From: Hydrolagus colliei
Taxonomy: Eukaryota
Direction: 5' to 3'
Assembly (NCBI GenBank): GCA_035084275.1
Contig: CM068756.1
Location: forward strand, 5,828,001 to 5,892,000
Length of the DNA: 64,000 nucleotides
Position numbers and translations under genes: made by a program
In this document: positions 60,931 to 64,000 of the stretch, one piece after another
Layout of the letters: every line of letters starts with the position of its first letter
Position numbering within the stretch: the first letter of the stretch is position 1
The notes under the pieces: generated by a model
Database searches by the model: none
What the model was told of the DNA's origin: nothing
The model's input: the letters and a program-made list of their open reading frames with translations, nothing else

Positions 60931-63900
60931 ATCGCCTTTGTTATTGTATGGATGTTTTTAGTTCCGTAATCATGTACAAAGTGAACCTTCCAAATGCTTT
61001 TATTAAAGGGAACAATTCTTCATGCAAGAATATGTTAACTAATTAAAATGCTATCTGCTTGCTTCATGCCCATAAATAGCCCTCTTGTCAAGTCTAACTC
61101 GGAAAAGTGTACAGCTGCTTGATTTCAAAACATCTTCAAGGTTTCACTGACAAGTCTGATAGTATAAGGGTGCTTCACAGATAAAGGTATCTGCTTCATT
61201 AAGTGTCTAGTTGGATATTTTGAATGCAACTGTAGAGTATGTTCTTAAGTTCAGCTACTATATAGATCTGTACATAGTGTTCACATCTTCACATCCAGCC
61301 AGTTTTTCCCTTGTTGTGTATATGCACCATTGTAAATCACTGGAATGCCTAACCCCTGTGATGCACAGGTGTAGGTGACCACACATTCACTGACCAAGGA
61401 GTGGTCGCCAAACATGTGCCTGATCTCAAAATGTGTGGCTACTCTGAGAGACCTAGACACCTGACTGATTGGGTAATAGGTGGTGGCTGCAATGTTCAGC
61501 TCAAAAAATGTCTCAAAGTGAAATTCAATGGAGGATGAGGACTTTGAAAGAAAGAAAAACATCCATTTTGAGAAAACTGACTGGGAAAGCAGGGGTTAAA
61601 AGACCCTGTTTATTAAACTATTCTATGTCTTAAAATTAGGAATTATTGTTTGCCACGATTGTAGAATTTTTATTCTAATAGTACTTCCTTCTAGGCCACA
61701 GGGTTCAGTCCCATTAATCAATCTGTATATTTACAAACAGTATCTAAGATTTGCTGTGTATTCGAAATGCCTCAGTGTCCTGCGTTGTATAAATCACAGG
61801 GTCCAGCACCCACCTTGTGTCTGGTCCACTATGATCCTATTCAAACCCCTGCCAATTTTTATCTCGTTTTGGTTTAACTTTGTACATTAGAGTTTAATTT
61901 TACACCTAGTGTGGGAGACAGTGATGTATGGGTTACATCAAGCATTCCTGAAATTATACAGTCCGTGGAGAGTTGAGTCTTGGGGAGTGTCTTCCCCCTG
62001 CAGCAGGATGGGTGAAAAGAGGTCGGTAGTTGCCCTCTGAACCTTGGCACCCTGCCCTACACAAAAAATCACCCTCAGCCTGAACACCATCTATTGATTT
62101 TTTTTATATATAGTTTTAAATCTTGTTCAAATTATCTCAGGCAGTGACCTTCACCAGGTGAAACACAACTATTCTGTGTAAGAAGAGAATGGGTTGGAAG
62201 GAAAGACAAAGGAAGAACGGTTGAAAGTAGAGCCATTAATAAAATTATCTACATAACAGCAGGTATCACTATCACTGTCCAGCCAGGTTTTATCTGCACT
62301 ACTAAACTACAGAGCATTTGTATTTTTATTTCTGTTTTAAAGTGCTTAATCTCATGAATGGTTGCTTTATATACCTTTGTAACCCCTGCAGCAGTATGAA
62401 TAATGGTCACCTCTCACCAGCATTCTCAATTTGAATTTGTGTTAGTACCTTACTCTCTTTTACAGTCTGCTAAGAATAAGTGTCCCGTGAAAATGTTATG
62501 TGGATCTGGCAAAGTGTGCACTGCTATTACCATGTAAACTCCCACTGATCACAGACCTGAACTATCTATCCAATTACTTACCACAGTGTGCTGTGTTTTA
62601 ACCAGTAGAATACGAAAGAACGATGGCCATAATGGTTGACAAGATGAGCTTGGCAGCTGTGTCTCACAGGAGCCTGAGTCTCAAAGTGCAGTTATCAGCT
62701 GACCTGCATGACCCCAGGACAGTGCAACTAACCCCATACTACACAGTGGTCTGTTCAAAACTTCCCTCGAGAACATGTAGCTGCTGAAAACCACTGGAAT
62801 GATTAACCCTTATGTGCAGTAGAAGTTGTATCAAATCAAGCTAAAATGACCTATTAATACTTCACAATGCACAGGAAATAGATTTCTTACGAATTTCTTT
62901 ATTTTCTTCAATAACGTGCAGTACAGCTGATGCCTGTCTATGCCTAACCTCAAGGCTGTTTCAATTTATGCATTATTTTTGCAGTCAGCATAATACGTTT
63001 CAGTACAAATTTAAAATATGCCACGTAGCTACATACACAGTCCCACATTGTATATTTCTCTTGTAAATAAGGTTGTGTTTTCCTTCAAGCTTAGCAGCTT
63101 CGTCTGCGAAAGACTGATTTTAGTGCTGCTTACGCCTCGGACCTCTGTTAAAGATATATTCAGTCATAATGTTATAACAGTGCATTATTGCCCAGACCAG
63201 TGCTGGTTAGTTTAAGGCACTAATATTATAAAGGCTGACCCTGAGAGTGTAATGAATGAATCCATTATATAAAGGCATTAAATGGTACTTGAGATTTGCC
63301 TGGTTTTCAGGTATGTACACTGCCTTTATGAGTTTTTGTGACAGGTTCTGTAGTTTAAAGAGGGAATACATAGGAGTACAAATTTCTTTTGACACTGTAT
63401 GTATACCCTCAGAACATATTACAGTCAGGGGTGACAACTTCCCTGAGCCAGAAACGGAGTGAGAGGTTTGCAGACAAATCTACTCTGAGGTCTCAGTCTG
63501 TGCGGTACAGCTCTTCAAGCACACAATGTGCCTTCTGTCAAAGACCTGCCGTCTTGTTTCTAACTATATTTGGCATATTTCTCCATAAAGAAATAGAAAT
63601 CGTAACATAGGTCATGGTACCTAAACATATTAAAAATTACAGGAATGATCTTCAGAAGAATATCTACAATAATAAGCGGCACAAAATATTAAGTGTCCAG
63701 CTGTTTCTCACATCAGGTCATTGGATTAACCATGACAGATAATTCCACCGATCCATTCAAATTAAAACATTGAAAACTGAGTCAGCGTTTGGATTTTTGA
63801 GTCCGATTGTTCCAAATCTGAACACTTTGGTTTCAAGGAGGAATTTCTGAATTAAGTTAGGCCAGGGCACTGGACTCATTTAAGAAAAGGAAGTTCTTCA

Positions 63901-64000
63901 TTTGAACCTGTACTACGATCTCATGATTTTGGCCTCCAGGGAATTGGAATATGTGCTGCCACTAAACCACTAGGGATTGGTATGACCTTACCTGCCAACC

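Overview
This is AT-rich vertebrate non-coding DNA, either a gene desert or a very large intron, with a 204-N assembly gap at 26716-26919. I could not recognise any host protein-coding exon, RNA gene or CRISPR array. The only ORFs with recognisable homology are reverse-transcriptase remnants of non-LTR retrotransposons. The repeat set includes L2 LINEs with (TGT)n tails (one young, with an open frame), tRNA-headed Deu-domain SINEs with L2-type tails, LF-SINE-like fragments, CR1 and RTE fossils, a Tigger/pogo-like MITE and a Penelope-type inverted repeat with degenerate hammerhead cores. This mix points to a cartilaginous fish, plausibly a chimaera (inference). Family assignments come from recalled consensus motifs, not database searches, and boundaries of old elements are approximate. 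The most notable structures are the hammerhead-bearing Penelope-like hairpin (23655-23816), a 36-bp fold-back inside an L2 (59407-59488), tail-only retroposons truncated at the L2 3' stem-loop (two inserted antisense into homologous tails), and repeat-poor, homeodomain-motif-rich blocks that may be enhancers. I found no convincing evidence of a wholly new biological system.
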